From positions 11,932 to 75,931 of the forward strand of contig JAWVDC010000071.1 in assembly GCA_033857715.1 (NCBI GenBank): a DNA stretch of 64,000 nt. Reading direction: 5' to 3'. This DNA is from Gaiellaceae bacterium. GTDB taxonomy: Bacteria > Actinomycetota > Thermoleophilia > Gaiellales > Gaiellaceae. Positions 1 through 8,488 of this stretch are shown here, one piece after another; the stretch's first letter is position 1, and every line of letters begins with the position of its first letter. The position numbers were made by a program, and so were the translations under genes. The notes under the pieces are model-generated. The model was not told where the DNA came from. It searched no databases and saw only the letters and a list, made by a program, of their open reading frames with translations.

Positions 1-1245
1 CGAGACGATGTCGCCGGTCTTGAACCAGCCGTCGGAGGTCCAGCGGTCGGCGCTCTCGGGCGCATCGAGATAGGACGCCGAGACCCACGGCCCGCGCACC
101 TCGAGCTCGCCCATCGCCTCGCTGTCCCAGGGAATCTCATCGTCGCCGGCGCGTGCGCGGATCTCGACGAGCGGCAGCGGGATCCCGGCCATCGCCTGGA
201 AGTCCCAGCGCGTGTCGTCGTCGGCCTCCATCAGGTCGGGCGGCAGGCATGCGGTCGACGCGACGGGTGACGTCTCGGTCATGCCCCAGCCCTGGATGAT
301 CTTGAGCCCGTGCCGCGACTCGAACGCCGCGATCATCGCGCGGGGCACCGCCGAGCCGCCGACGAGCATCGCCTTCATCGCGGAGAGATCCCACTTGCCC
401 GGCTCCTGGTCGAGCCGCGCGAGGATCCCCATCCAGATCGTCGGCACGCCGGCCGCCCACGTGACCTTCTCCTGCTCCATGTCCTCGAGCAGCGAGTCGG
501 GGTCGAGGTGCGGGCCGGGGTAGACGAGCTTCGCGCCCTGCATCGTCGCGAGGTACGGATAGCCCCACGCGTTCGCGTGGAACATCGGCACGACCGGCAG
601 CACCGCGTCGTCGACGCCGAAGCCCATGCCCATCGGGTTGTTCGCGCCGACGCCGAGCGCGTGTAGGAAGGAGGAGCGGTGGGAGTAGACGACGCCGCGC
701 GGGCGCCCGGTGGTGCCGGACGTGAAGCACATCGCCGCCGCCTCGTTCTCGTCGAGGAGCGGATCCTCCCACTCGTCGGGATCGGCGGTCGCGAGCAGCT
801 CCTCGTACGAATCCTCGACGACGAAGACGTGCTCGATCGGCGTCTCTGCCTTGAAGGTCTCGAGCAGCGGCAGCAGCGCGCGGTCGACGATCACCGCCTT
901 GTCGTTCGCGTGCGTCGCGATGTACGCGAGGTCGCCCGGGTGGAGGCGGAGGTTGAGCGTGTGGAGGACGAACCCGCCGCACGGGATCCCGAAGTACGCC
1001 TCGTGATGCTGGTAGTGGTTCCAGCAGAGCGTCGCAACGCGGTCGCCGCGCTCGAGCCCGGCCTTCTTGAGCGCCGCGGCGAGCTGCCGCGAGCGGCGCA
1101 TCGTCTCGCGGTAGTTCGTGCGGTGGAAGCTCTTGTCGGGAAGCCGCGTGACGATCTCGCGATCCCCAAAGAACTGCTCCGCGCGCCGCAGGAGGTGTGT
1201 GAGCGTGAGGGGGAAGTGCATCATCAGTCCATCCATGCGGCGCAT
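1..1245 (-). CDS. AMP-dependent acyl-CoA synthetase/ligase (FadD-like); C-terminus lies beyond the window start
   Basis: Hand translation of the minus strand from ATG 1245 (alternative ATGs at 1236, 1224, 1221) gives MRRMDGLMMHFPLTLTHLLRRAEQFFGDREIVTRLPDKSFHRTNYRETMRR... It carries the AMP-binding signature AMCFTSGTTGRPRGVVYSHRS. The frame stays open to position 1, so it is absent from the closed-ORF track. Confidence 0.85.
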   Translation of the reverse strand, partial: MRRMDGLMMHFPLTLTHLLRRAEQFFGDREIVTRLPDKSFHRTNYRETMRRSRQLAAALKKAGLERGDRVATLCWNHYQHHEAYFGIPCGGFVLHTLNLRLHPGDLAYIATHANDKAVIVDRALLPLLETFKAETPIEHVFVVEDSYEELLATADPDEWEDPLLDENEAAAMCFTSGTTGRPRGVVYSHRSSFLHALGVGANNPMGMGFGVDDAVLPVVPMFHANAWGYPYLATMQGAKLVYPGPHLDPDSLLEDMEQEKVTWAAGVPTIWMGILARLDQEPGKWDLSAMKAMLVGGSAVPRAMIAAFESRHGLKIIQGWGMTETSPVASTACLPPDLMEADDDTRWDFQAMAGIPLPLVEIRARAGDDEIPWDSEAMGELEVRGPWVSASYLDAPESADRWTSDGWFKTGDIVS

Positions 1246-1342
1246 TCTCCTACGTCGGAGAGATCGACGGGGAGCACCCGTCCCGGCACGCTCGACGATT
1301 GCCTGATTCCGACGACCCTCTCGCCCGGTCGCCGGGCGACAG

Positions 1343-2179
1343 CTAGCCGCGCCGGACGCTAGCCAGCGGTATTGAGTGCGCTGGCGCTCTTACGTGCACG
1401 GGCTCGTTCCAGTTGCTGAAGCGTCCGGCGAACGACGTGCCAGGCCCGAAATCCACAGCGGCGTAGATGGGCAGGCCGTTGCCGCCCGCGCGCGTCGAGA
1501 CCTTCAGGGACGGCCCGCCCCGACCTGGTTCTCCTTCTACGAAGTCGATGACCGATGTCCCCCCCAGCTTCGTTCTGATCACCCTTGGCGGGAAGGACGC
1601 GCCTAAGTCAGGTGAAGTGACGTTGCGAACCAACGACGCGAGCGTCAGGCCGTCCGAGGTGCGAGCGTAGAGATCGTCACTGGTCGGAACCGAGATCCAC
1701 TGCCCCGCGTATCTCGTCGCCTGTGCGTCCGTGAGCGATAGCGTCCATTGGAGCCCAGCCGGGTTGCCCTCCACGTAGACGACACCGTTGACGAAGCGGA
1801 TGTCGGCTTCTCCGTCGGTTGGCGGAAGCGTGAGCCGCTGCTCGCCTGAGTTGGCTGTCAGGTCGGAAGTCGACCGCCACGACCCCCGCATGTCCTCCCC
1901 TCCGGACTCTGTCCAGCGGACGGATTTCTGCGTTAGCGCTGCTGCGACCATCGAGCCGAGCACACCGTGCGGACCGGTGACCTGCGAAGGACCCGATGAC
2001 CGGAGCGCGAGCCCTGCACCAATCCCTCCTGCCAGCAGCAAGACGATCAAAGCGACGGCAAACCAGCGTCGTCGCATCCGCCGCTTGGCCTCCGCGATCA
2101 GCGGGTCGACGGGGAACGGCACGTCGGATGTGACGCCAGTCATAGCACCAGTATGACTAGCATCATCATCGCGTGTCAA
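1343..2179 (-). CDS. hypothetical membrane-anchored exported protein
   Basis: Track ORF of 278 aa. A basic N-terminus (PLIAEAKRRMRRRW) is followed by one hydrophobic helix (FAVALIVLLLAGGIGAGLAL) and a soluble domain. The likely start is the internal Met at 2143. GC is lower than in the neighbours. No family recognised. Confidence 0.5.
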   Translation of the reverse strand: MTRDDDASHTGAMTGVTSDVPFPVDPLIAEAKRRMRRRWFAVALIVLLLAGGIGAGLALRSSGPSQVTGPHGVLGSMVAAALTQKSVRWTESGGEDMRGSWRSTSDLTANSGEQRLTLPPTDGEADIRFVNGVVYVEGNPAGLQWTLSLTDAQATRYAGQWISVPTSDDLYARTSDGLTLASLVRNVTSPDLGASFPPRVIRTKLGGTSVIDFVEGEPGRGGPSLKVSTRAGGNGLPIYAAVDFGPGTSFAGRFSNWNEPVHVRAPAHSIPLASVRRG

Positions 2180-2207
2180 CTACTGCCGGCAGCCTAGAGC
2201 AGGGCTC

Positions 2208-2341
2208 CTAGCTGAGTAGGGCGTCTGCGACTTCAAGCCGCAGCAGCGCGGACGGCCGGGTGGCGTAGCCCTCGAGCCAGATGGCGCGCTTATAGACGCG
2301 GTGAGCGGGAAGTCCATCATCAGCCCGTCCATGCGGCGCAT
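2208..2341 (-). pseudogene. non-coding relic: 5' end of an acyl-CoA ligase gene fused out of frame to the 3' end of an acyl-CoA dehydrogenase gene
   Basis: 2301-2341 plus the upstream 45 nt (to about 2385) resemble 1205-1290, the ligase start with its AGGAGA SD (MRRMDGLMMDFPLT vs MRRMDGLMMHFPLT). 2208-2300 encodes RVYKRAIWLEGYATRPSALLRLEVADALLS*, matching the C-terminus RFYKRAIWLEGFGTRPPALRLEIANALLGAA* of the gene at 3044-3781. The two pieces are in different frames. Confidence 0.6.
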
Positions 2342-2403
2342 TCTCCTTCGTCGGACAGGTCAGCGGAGTGGGACCCGTCGCAGCAGCGCGTTAAAGTGCC
2401 TGA

Positions 2404-2982
2404 ATGCAAGGCCTTACTGCCGAGCTCCAGCAGGAACCTCTGTCGAGCAGGTCGACACGGATGGTTCCAATCGTCGCGGCGGTGGTCGGCGCGGCTTTCG
2501 CCGCGCTGGCGGTGACGGGAGTCTTCGGTGGTACGTCGCCTTCCCGGGGACCGATCGTCGCTGCACCCCGTGCAACGCAAGGCGGGCTCGAGGGTCCATG
2601 GGATTCGATGTCGGTCGCCTACACGCGTGACGGCGGAACACTGAGCTCGGTGAGCGTCACGGTAAATCCGGACATCGCCGACGCGAGCATCCAAGTCGAG
2701 GTTCTGCACAACAGCGCTACAGCGCGGGGGGCCGTAACGGGCGGGAACACGGACGTCGTCTACGAGAGTCCGGTCTTTGCTAGCACCGCCACCGGATCGA
2801 AATCCGGCGGCCTTTCCACCTGGTCCGGTTCGTTCTCTCCGAGCGATTGGAGCGGCGGCTGCCAGAGCGGCACCTACAACATCCTCGCGATCTCGATCCC
2901 ACCAGGGTTGTCGTTCGCCGAAGCCGCAGAGACGAACGAGTCCGCTCGGTACTACGGCCCGCGGTTCACCTGCACGGGCTAA
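2404..2982 (+). CDS. hypothetical membrane-anchored/secreted protein
   Basis: Track ORF of 192 aa. The probable start is Met at 2461 (MVPIVAAVVGAAFAALAVTGVFGG, a hydrophobic anchor). The domain is Ser/Thr/Gly-rich with 2 Cys. No family recognised. Confidence 0.45.
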   Translation: MQGLTAELQQEPLSSRSTRMVPIVAAVVGAAFAALAVTGVFGGTSPSRGPIVAAPRATQGGLEGPWDSMSVAYTRDGGTLSSVSVTVNPDIADASIQVEVLHNSATARGAVTGGNTDVVYESPVFASTATGSKSGGLSTWSGSFSPSDWSGGCQSGTYNILAISIPPGLSFAEAAETNESARYYGPRFTCTG

Positions 2983-3043
2983 GTAGAAGGCTGCTGCGCA
3001 CTCTCCGGTGTGGGAGGCGCGTGCACCAGTACGAGCTAGCGAG

Positions 3044-3781
3044 CTAAGCCGCCCCGAGGAGTGCGTTTGCGATCTCGAGGCGTAGCGCGGGCGGGCGGGT
3101 GCCGAAGCCTTCGAGCCAGATGGCGCGCTTGTAGAAGCGGTGGAGCGGGTGCTCCCACGTGAAGCCCGTGCCTCCGTGGACTTGGATCGAGCGCTCGCAC
3201 GCGACGACGGCCGCCTCCGTCGCGAACGCCTTCGCGGCGGCTGCGGCTAGAGCGGCGCGGTCGTCGTCGTTCGCGACGCACCACGCGGCCCAGTACGCGA
3301 GCGAGCGCGCGAGCTCGACGTCCGTGTACGTCTGCGCGAGTGGGTGGGAGACGGCCTGGTACGTACCGATCGGCTTGCCGAACTGCTCGCGCGTCTTCGC
3401 GTGCTCGATGCCGAGGTCGAGGGCGCGCTGCGCGATGCCGACCGCCTCCGCCGCCATCGCGGCGCGCAGCTTCGGCGACTCCTCGGGCGGCGTCGCGAGG
3501 GGACGGGTCGCGTCGACCGTGGTCGCGCCGTCGTTCTCGAGCCCCGTGACGTGCTGGAGGAACGGGCCGGGATAGAGCGCGTAGCCGAGCTCCTCGAGCA
3601 GTAGCGCCTCCTCGACGAAGCCGACTCCCGCGTCCGCGACGTCGGTCCAGCCGAGCTCCTCGAGCTCCGACCAGCGGTCGTCTTGAGCGTCCCAGTCGCG
3701 GTCGAGCGGGAACTTGTCCGCGAGCCACGCGCGCGCCGCGCCCTTGAGCTCCTGCTGATCCTCATTGAGCGCGAAATCCAT
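3044..3781 (-). CDS. short acyl-CoA dehydrogenase-family protein (245 aa), probable non-catalytic partner subunit
   Basis: Start re-picked at MDFALNEDQQELK. It has the ACAD N-terminal helical region and the C-terminal helical domain (AVGIAQRALDLGIEHAKTREQFGKPIGTYQAVSH..., VHGGTGFTWEHPLHRFYKRA). About 100 aa of middle domain are missing, and HGG replaces the usual catalytic xEG. Confidence 0.75.
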   Translation of the reverse strand: MDFALNEDQQELKGAARAWLADKFPLDRDWDAQDDRWSELEELGWTDVADAGVGFVEEALLLEELGYALYPGPFLQHVTGLENDGATTVDATRPLATPPEESPKLRAAMAAEAVGIAQRALDLGIEHAKTREQFGKPIGTYQAVSHPLAQTYTDVELARSLAYWAAWCVANDDDRAALAAAAAKAFATEAAVVACERSIQVHGGTGFTWEHPLHRFYKRAIWLEGFGTRPPALRLEIANALLGAA

Positions 3782-3790
3782 TAGGAGTGA

Positions 3791-3943
3791 CCCACCCGGT
3801 GATAGCCAGGGTCTCCCTGGCTGCTGCAAAGCGTCGCGATGCCGCGTCCTCGGTTGCGCCGATAGCTGGAGCTATCGGCGCGCCCTGCGTCCTTGCCTCG
3901 CTCGCTTTTCGCGAGCCAGGAAGACGTGTCTATTACCGGGCGG
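3791..3943. repeat. 153-bp structured palindromic intergenic repeat, copy 1 (MITE/REP-like)
   Basis: Collinear over its whole length with 50252-50404. The ends are inverted repeats (CCACCCGGTGATAG... / ...CTATTACCGGGCGG). The central perfect hairpin is GCGCCGATAGC-TGGA-GCTATCGGCGC (3856-3881). It fills the gap between the two ACAD genes. Confidence 0.8.
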
Positions 3944-3947
3944 ATCA

Positions 3948-5090
3948 CTAACGAGACCTCGGGAGGCCGAGGACGCGCTCGGCGATGATGTTGCGGAGAA
4001 CCTCCGACGTGCCGGCCTCGATCGTGTTGCCGCGCGAGCGGAGTTGCTGGTGGTTCCACCAGCCGTCGTCGAGGATCCCGTCCGGCCCGCGCAGCTCGCG
4101 CGCGAGCTTCGTCAGGCGCTGGTTCGCCTCCGACCAGCGGAGCTTCACGCCCGAGCCTTCCGGCCCCGGGATGCCCGTGCGCTCGAGCGTGCCGAGCGCG
4201 CGGTAGTTCGTGTACCGGAGCGCCTGCAGCTCGATCCACTCATGCGCCAACGCCTCGCGCACGCTCTCGCGGGGATTCCGCTCGCGCGCCTCTTCGAGCA
4301 GCCGCCCGACGACTCCGTCGAGCGTCGCGGTGAGCGCGAATCCGAGCGTCCCGCGTTCGTGGAGGAGCGTCGTCATCGCGACCGCCCAGCCGTCGCCCTC
4401 CTCGCCGAGCCGGTTCTCCACCGGCACCTCGACGTCGCTGAAGAAGATCTCGTTGAACTCCGCCTCGCCGGTGATCTGGCGCAGCGGGCGCACCTCGACG
4501 CCGGGCGCGTGCATGTCGACGATGAGGTACGTGAGGTTCCGGTAGCGCTGGCCCTCGGGGTCGCTCTGTGTGACGAGGATGCAGAAGTCGGCGATGTGCG
4601 CGAACGACGACCAGACCTTCTGGCCGTTGACGACGTAGACGTCGCCGCGCCGCTCGGCGCGCGTGCGCGCGGCGGCGAGATCGGAGCCCGCGTCCGGCTC
4701 GGAGAAGCCCTGGCACCAGATCTCCTCCGCGGCGAGTAGCGGCTGGAGGTAACGCGCCTTCTGCTCCTCGGTCCCGTGCGCGATGATCGTCGGGCCGGCC
4801 ATCCCGAGCCCGATCACGCCGACATGGGGCGGAGCCTGCGCCGCGGCGAGCTCCTCGTAGAGCATCGCCTGGTAGGTGTACGGAGCGCCGGCGCCGCCGT
4901 ACTCCTTCGGCCACGTCAGCCCGGCATAGCCCGCCTCGTACAGCAGCCGGCTCCACTCGCGGACGAACGGATCCTCGAACCGCTGCGCGCCGCCGCGGCT
5001 TCCGCGCTTGTCCTCGGGAAGGTTTACGTCGATCCACGCGCGCACCTCGGCGCGGAACGCGGCTTGTTCGGGCGTGTCCCTCAGGTCCAT
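3948..5090 (-). CDS. acyl-CoA dehydrogenase (full length, 380 aa)
   Basis: Track ORF. Typical ACAD blocks are present: WCQGFSEPDAGSDLAA, GQKVWSS, and the C-terminal NTIEAGTSEVLRNIIAERVLGLP carrying the catalytic-Glu motif. Confidence 0.9.
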   Translation of the reverse strand: MDLRDTPEQAAFRAEVRAWIDVNLPEDKRGSRGGAQRFEDPFVREWSRLLYEAGYAGLTWPKEYGGAGAPYTYQAMLYEELAAAQAPPHVGVIGLGMAGPTIIAHGTEEQKARYLQPLLAAEEIWCQGFSEPDAGSDLAAARTRAERRGDVYVVNGQKVWSSFAHIADFCILVTQSDPEGQRYRNLTYLIVDMHAPGVEVRPLRQITGEAEFNEIFFSDVEVPVENRLGEEGDGWAVAMTTLLHERGTLGFALTATLDGVVGRLLEEARERNPRESVREALAHEWIELQALRYTNYRALGTLERTGIPGPEGSGVKLRWSEANQRLTKLARELRGPDGILDDGWWNHQQLRSRGNTIEAGTSEVLRNIIAERVLGLPRSR

Positions 5091-5214
5091 CGCGCGAGCC
5101 TAAAGCAACAGGCCAAATCCCACCTGAGGAAGAGGCGACGGCTGGCTTTGACTTCCGCCAGGGGCGTGCACATACTCGACCCAACCTAGGAGAGATCGAG
5201 GAGGAGAAGTCGAG

Positions 5215-5964
5215 ATGCGTAAGCCGTCACCGTCGATGATCGTTGCTCTTGTTGCGCTGTTCGTTGCCCTGACCGGAGCGGGCGTGGCCGCGACCGGCGG
5301 CAACTTCATCCTCGGCCACGGGAACACTGCGGGTAAGGCCACCTCGCTCTCCGCCCCCGTCGTAGGCGGAATGGCGCTGAAGGTGACCAACGCCAACGCG
5401 ACTAACGCTGCCTCGACTGCGCTCAGCCTGAACGTTGCGGACGGTCACGCGCCGTTCACGGTGAGCAACGGCGTCAAGGTCGCCAATCTGAACGCGGACG
5501 CGCTGGACGGCATCGATTCAAGCGCGTTCCAGCCACTGGTGACAGGCAGCTGCAGCGGAAATAGCGCGATCACGCAGATCAACGCTGCGGGCGACGTCGG
5601 GTGTAGCAACGTGAAGTTCTACAGCGGTCGTGTCGTCGTGGTCCCGGGACCGAGCTCCGCAACGTTCCTGACCATCCCCGGCATCGCCCACGCGCAGGTG
5701 TTCAGCTGCCAGGCCGGCGACGCCCAGGCGTCCCTCGTTAACGACGCACCGGGAACGACCGACCTCTGGTACGACGGCGACTCGAGCTACTTTCCGACGA
5801 ACTGGGGCACCAGGAGCACCCCGTTCGCGGCCACAGCCGGACAGACATACCACCTCGGAAAGGGCTCCGGATCGGGCGCCACGACGATCACGATCACGCT
5901 CAACACCGAGGCGACCGGCAGCCAATGCATTTTCCAGGGAACAGCCGAGGTGATCACGAGTTGA
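5215..5964 (+). CDS. hypothetical secreted protein with fibre-like N-terminal region
   Basis: Track ORF of 249 aa, with a GAGGAGGAG SD upstream and a signal/anchor MRKPSPSMIVALVALFVALTGAGVAA. The motif NLNADALDGIDSSAF recalls tail-fibre/fibre-like proteins. The C-terminal domain contains Cys. An imperfect hairpin follows the stop. Confidence 0.55.
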   Translation: MRKPSPSMIVALVALFVALTGAGVAATGGNFILGHGNTAGKATSLSAPVVGGMALKVTNANATNAASTALSLNVADGHAPFTVSNGVKVANLNADALDGIDSSAFQPLVTGSCSGNSAITQINAAGDVGCSNVKFYSGRVVVVPGPSSATFLTIPGIAHAQVFSCQAGDAQASLVNDAPGTTDLWYDGDSSYFPTNWGTRSTPFAATAGQTYHLGKGSGSGATTITITLNTEATGSQCIFQGTAEVITS

Positions 5965-6108
5965 CGCCTGGACACTGGCGACCGATATCGGATCGCCAAC
6001 ACCATCTGTCCCACGTTTAGCGAGGCGTGACTCGCCTGGGCCAGTGCTCGGGAATGTCACCCGAGCTGCCTGTGGACAAAAGCACGCCCCGCGACGCATA
6101 CTCCGGGA

Positions 6109-6540
6109 TTGATGGGACGTTTCGCTTCCTGTCTGTCGGCCGGAGTTCTAGCTATAGCGGCCGCGGGGTGCGCTTCGTCGGGTCACGAGAGCGCCGCAGT
6201 GAACCCGTGCAAGGGAAAGCACACTGCTTGCCTCGTGTTGTCGCGTACGTCGGGTCAGATCGGTACGCGGGTACGAGTCGACGCCTTTAATTGCCCTCAC
6301 CCCCTCGGACAAGCGGACAGACTCGGCTGGCAGGATCACTACTACAACGTGCGCACGGTCAACAAGGACTTGCAGTACGACCGGTGGCGCGTTATTCCCC
6401 TTGTGCGGACCTCCGGCCTCACGGCGCAGGCTGTCTTCACGGTGAGTCGGTCCGACCATAAGGGTGCCGGACTGCTGGATATGTGGTGCGGCGGAGCCAA
6501 TCGAGGCAACGCCGTCGCGTACTTCACTGTCACCAACTGA
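6109..6540 (+). CDS. hypothetical lipoprotein
   Basis: Track ORF of 143 aa. The signal peptide carries a lipobox-like LAIAAAGC|ASS. No family recognised. Confidence 0.5.
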   Translation: MMGRFASCLSAGVLAIAAAGCASSGHESAAVNPCKGKHTACLVLSRTSGQIGTRVRVDAFNCPHPLGQADRLGWQDHYYNVRTVNKDLQYDRWRVIPLVRTSGLTAQAVFTVSRSDHKGAGLLDMWCGGANRGNAVAYFTVTN

Positions 6541-6683
6541 GAGGCCGGTTCAGGCTCACCACTTGGCCGGGCGAGTGCTCATTCTCACTTGAGCCCTGAA
6601 ATGCCAAAGCCCGCGAACGGCTTGCGCAGTTCCCGGGCTTCGACGCGGCGACTCTTTCAAAAGCCGCTGCCGGCTGTCAAGCG

Positions 6684-7346
6684 CTAGTCGAACTTGCGCC
6701 AGTGGCCCTCCGAGACCACTTCGACCTCGCCGTCGACCCAGACGATCGCGGTCTCGTCGTCCATCACGTACGCCGTCGGGACGCCGATCGTGGCGAACCA
6801 CTCCTCCGCTTCCTCCATCGTGTTGCCCCAGCCGCCTTCGGGCGGTTGGAGGTGCGGGAAGATCGCGAAGTCGACGAGGCCGAGCCCCGCGTCGCCGCCG
6901 GCCGGCGGATCCCATTGCTTGAACATCTCGCCGACCCGCGGGGCCATGACCATGCTGCCGGCGCTGATCCCGACCCAGACCGCGTCGAGCGTGGGGAGGA
7001 GCTCCGCGAGGCCCGACTCCCGCATCCAGTGGGCGAGGTAGAGCGCGTCGCCGCCGTTGACGAGGAAGACGTCGGTCTGCTCCACCCACGGCAGCCACGT
7101 GTCCCGGCCGAGGCTCGGGAACGTGGCCGGCTCAATGAGGCCGAGCGAGCGCCACGGGAGCGAGGTCATCGAGTCGTCGCCGGCGACGAACGCCCACGCG
7201 CGCGGCGGGCCAGCGTGCGGATGCGCGTACGACGCGGTCGTGATGCCGAGCGCTTCGCATTCTTCGATCGGCTTCGGTAGGAGGCGGCCGAGCGCCGCGC
7301 GGATGCTCGCGTTCCGAATCCCGCCCGACGTGAGGAGGAGCTTCAC
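6684..7346 (-). CDS. peptidase E-like S51 family dipeptidase
   Basis: This is the C-terminal 220 aa of fused track ORF 6684-8612. It starts at GTG (VKLLLTSGGIRN...) and contains the S51 nucleophile block VGISAGSMV. A GTGA overlap joins it to the upstream gene. Confidence 0.75.
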   Translation of the reverse strand: MKLLLTSGGIRNASIRAALGRLLPKPIEECEALGITTASYAHPHAGPPRAWAFVAGDDSMTSLPWRSLGLIEPATFPSLGRDTWLPWVEQTDVFLVNGGDALYLAHWMRESGLAELLPTLDAVWVGISAGSMVMAPRVGEMFKQWDPPAGGDAGLGLVDFAIFPHLQPPEGGWGNTMEEAEEWFATIGVPTAYVMDDETAIVWVDGEVEVVSEGHWRKFD

Positions 7347-8488
7347 GCGAGCAGCGTGGTGTCGAGCTCGCGGATCGACGTCCCTCCGCACAACGCGAGC
7401 GTCAGGTCGACCTCGGCGAGGAGCTGGCGACAAACCGCCTCGACCCCCGCGGCGCCGCCAACCGCGAGACCGTACGCATACAGACGCCCGAGCAGCACGG
7501 CGTCGGCGCCGAGCGCCATCGCCTTGACGACATCGGCGCCGCGGCGGATCCCGCCGTCGACGAGCAGCGGATAGTCCGGCCCAACCGTGTCGCGGATCTC
7601 GACGAGCGCGTCGAGCGTGGCGATCGCGCCGTCGACCTGCCGGCCGCCGTGGTTCGAGACGATGATCCCGTCGACGCCACGCTCGCGCGCGAGCTCCGCG
7701 TCGTCTCCGCGCAGGACGCCCTTCACGAGCAGCGGCAGCGACGTCTGCTCGCGCATCCACGCCAGGTCGTCCCACGTGAGCCCGAGATTTGGGAACGTCG
7801 CGAGCATCATCGCCGCGGCCGTGAGCATGTCCTCGTCGGGCGGCGCCGAGAGCTTCGCGCGGAAGACGGGGTCGGTGAAGAACTGCGCGCAGCCCTCGCC
7901 GCGGATGAACGGGAGGTACGCGTGCCGCAGGTCGCGCGGCCGCCACGCGAGGACGGGCGTGTCGAGCGTGACGACGATCGCGCCGAAGCCCGCCGCCTCC
8001 GCGCGCCGGACGAAGCTCGCGGCGACCTCGCGGTCGTTGATCCAGTAGAGCTGGAACCACCGCGGGGCGGCGCCCATCGCCTCCGCGATCTCCTCGATCG
8101 ACGACGACGCCGCGCTGGAAAGGACGAACGGCACGCCGGCCGCCGCCGCGCCGCGGGCCGCTCCGATCTCCTTCTCCTCGTGCGCGATCGACAGGACGCC
8201 GACCGGCCCGAGGAAGAACGGCGAGGGCGAGTGCAGGCCCAGCACGTCGACGGACAGGTCGCGCGAGACGTTCCCGCCGAGCATCCGAGGCCGCAGCCGC
8301 CGCCGCTCGAACGCCTCGAGGTTCGCGCGCATGGTCGACTCGCCGCCGGCGCCGCCAGCGATGTAGCCGAACGCCCCCGCATCGAGCTTCGCCTCGGCGC
8401 CCGCTTCCCAGTCCTCGGGCGCGATGGGCCACTCCGCCTCGCCGGCGATGTAGATCGCGTTCTGGACGAGCGACCCTTCGAAGCTCAT
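7343..8488 (-). CDS. FMN-dependent alpha-hydroxy-acid dehydrogenase/oxidase family (LldD/lactate monooxygenase-like)
   Basis: Starts at MSFEGSLVQNAIY within track ORF 7343-9346. Motifs present: RWFQLYW, VSNHGGRQVDG, DGGIRRGADVVKALALGA-type. Confidence 0.85.
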   Translation of the reverse strand: MSFEGSLVQNAIYIAGEAEWPIAPEDWEAGAEAKLDAGAFGYIAGGAGGESTMRANLEAFERRRLRPRMLGGNVSRDLSVDVLGLHSPSPFFLGPVGVLSIAHEEKEIGAARGAAAAGVPFVLSSAASSSIEEIAEAMGAAPRWFQLYWINDREVAASFVRRAEAAGFGAIVVTLDTPVLAWRPRDLRHAYLPFIRGEGCAQFFTDPVFRAKLSAPPDEDMLTAAAMMLATFPNLGLTWDDLAWMREQTSLPLLVKGVLRGDDAELARERGVDGIIVSNHGGRQVDGAIATLDALVEIRDTVGPDYPLLVDGGIRRGADVVKAMALGADAVLLGRLYAYGLAVGGAAGVEAVCRQLLAEVDLTLALCGGTSIRELDTTLLA

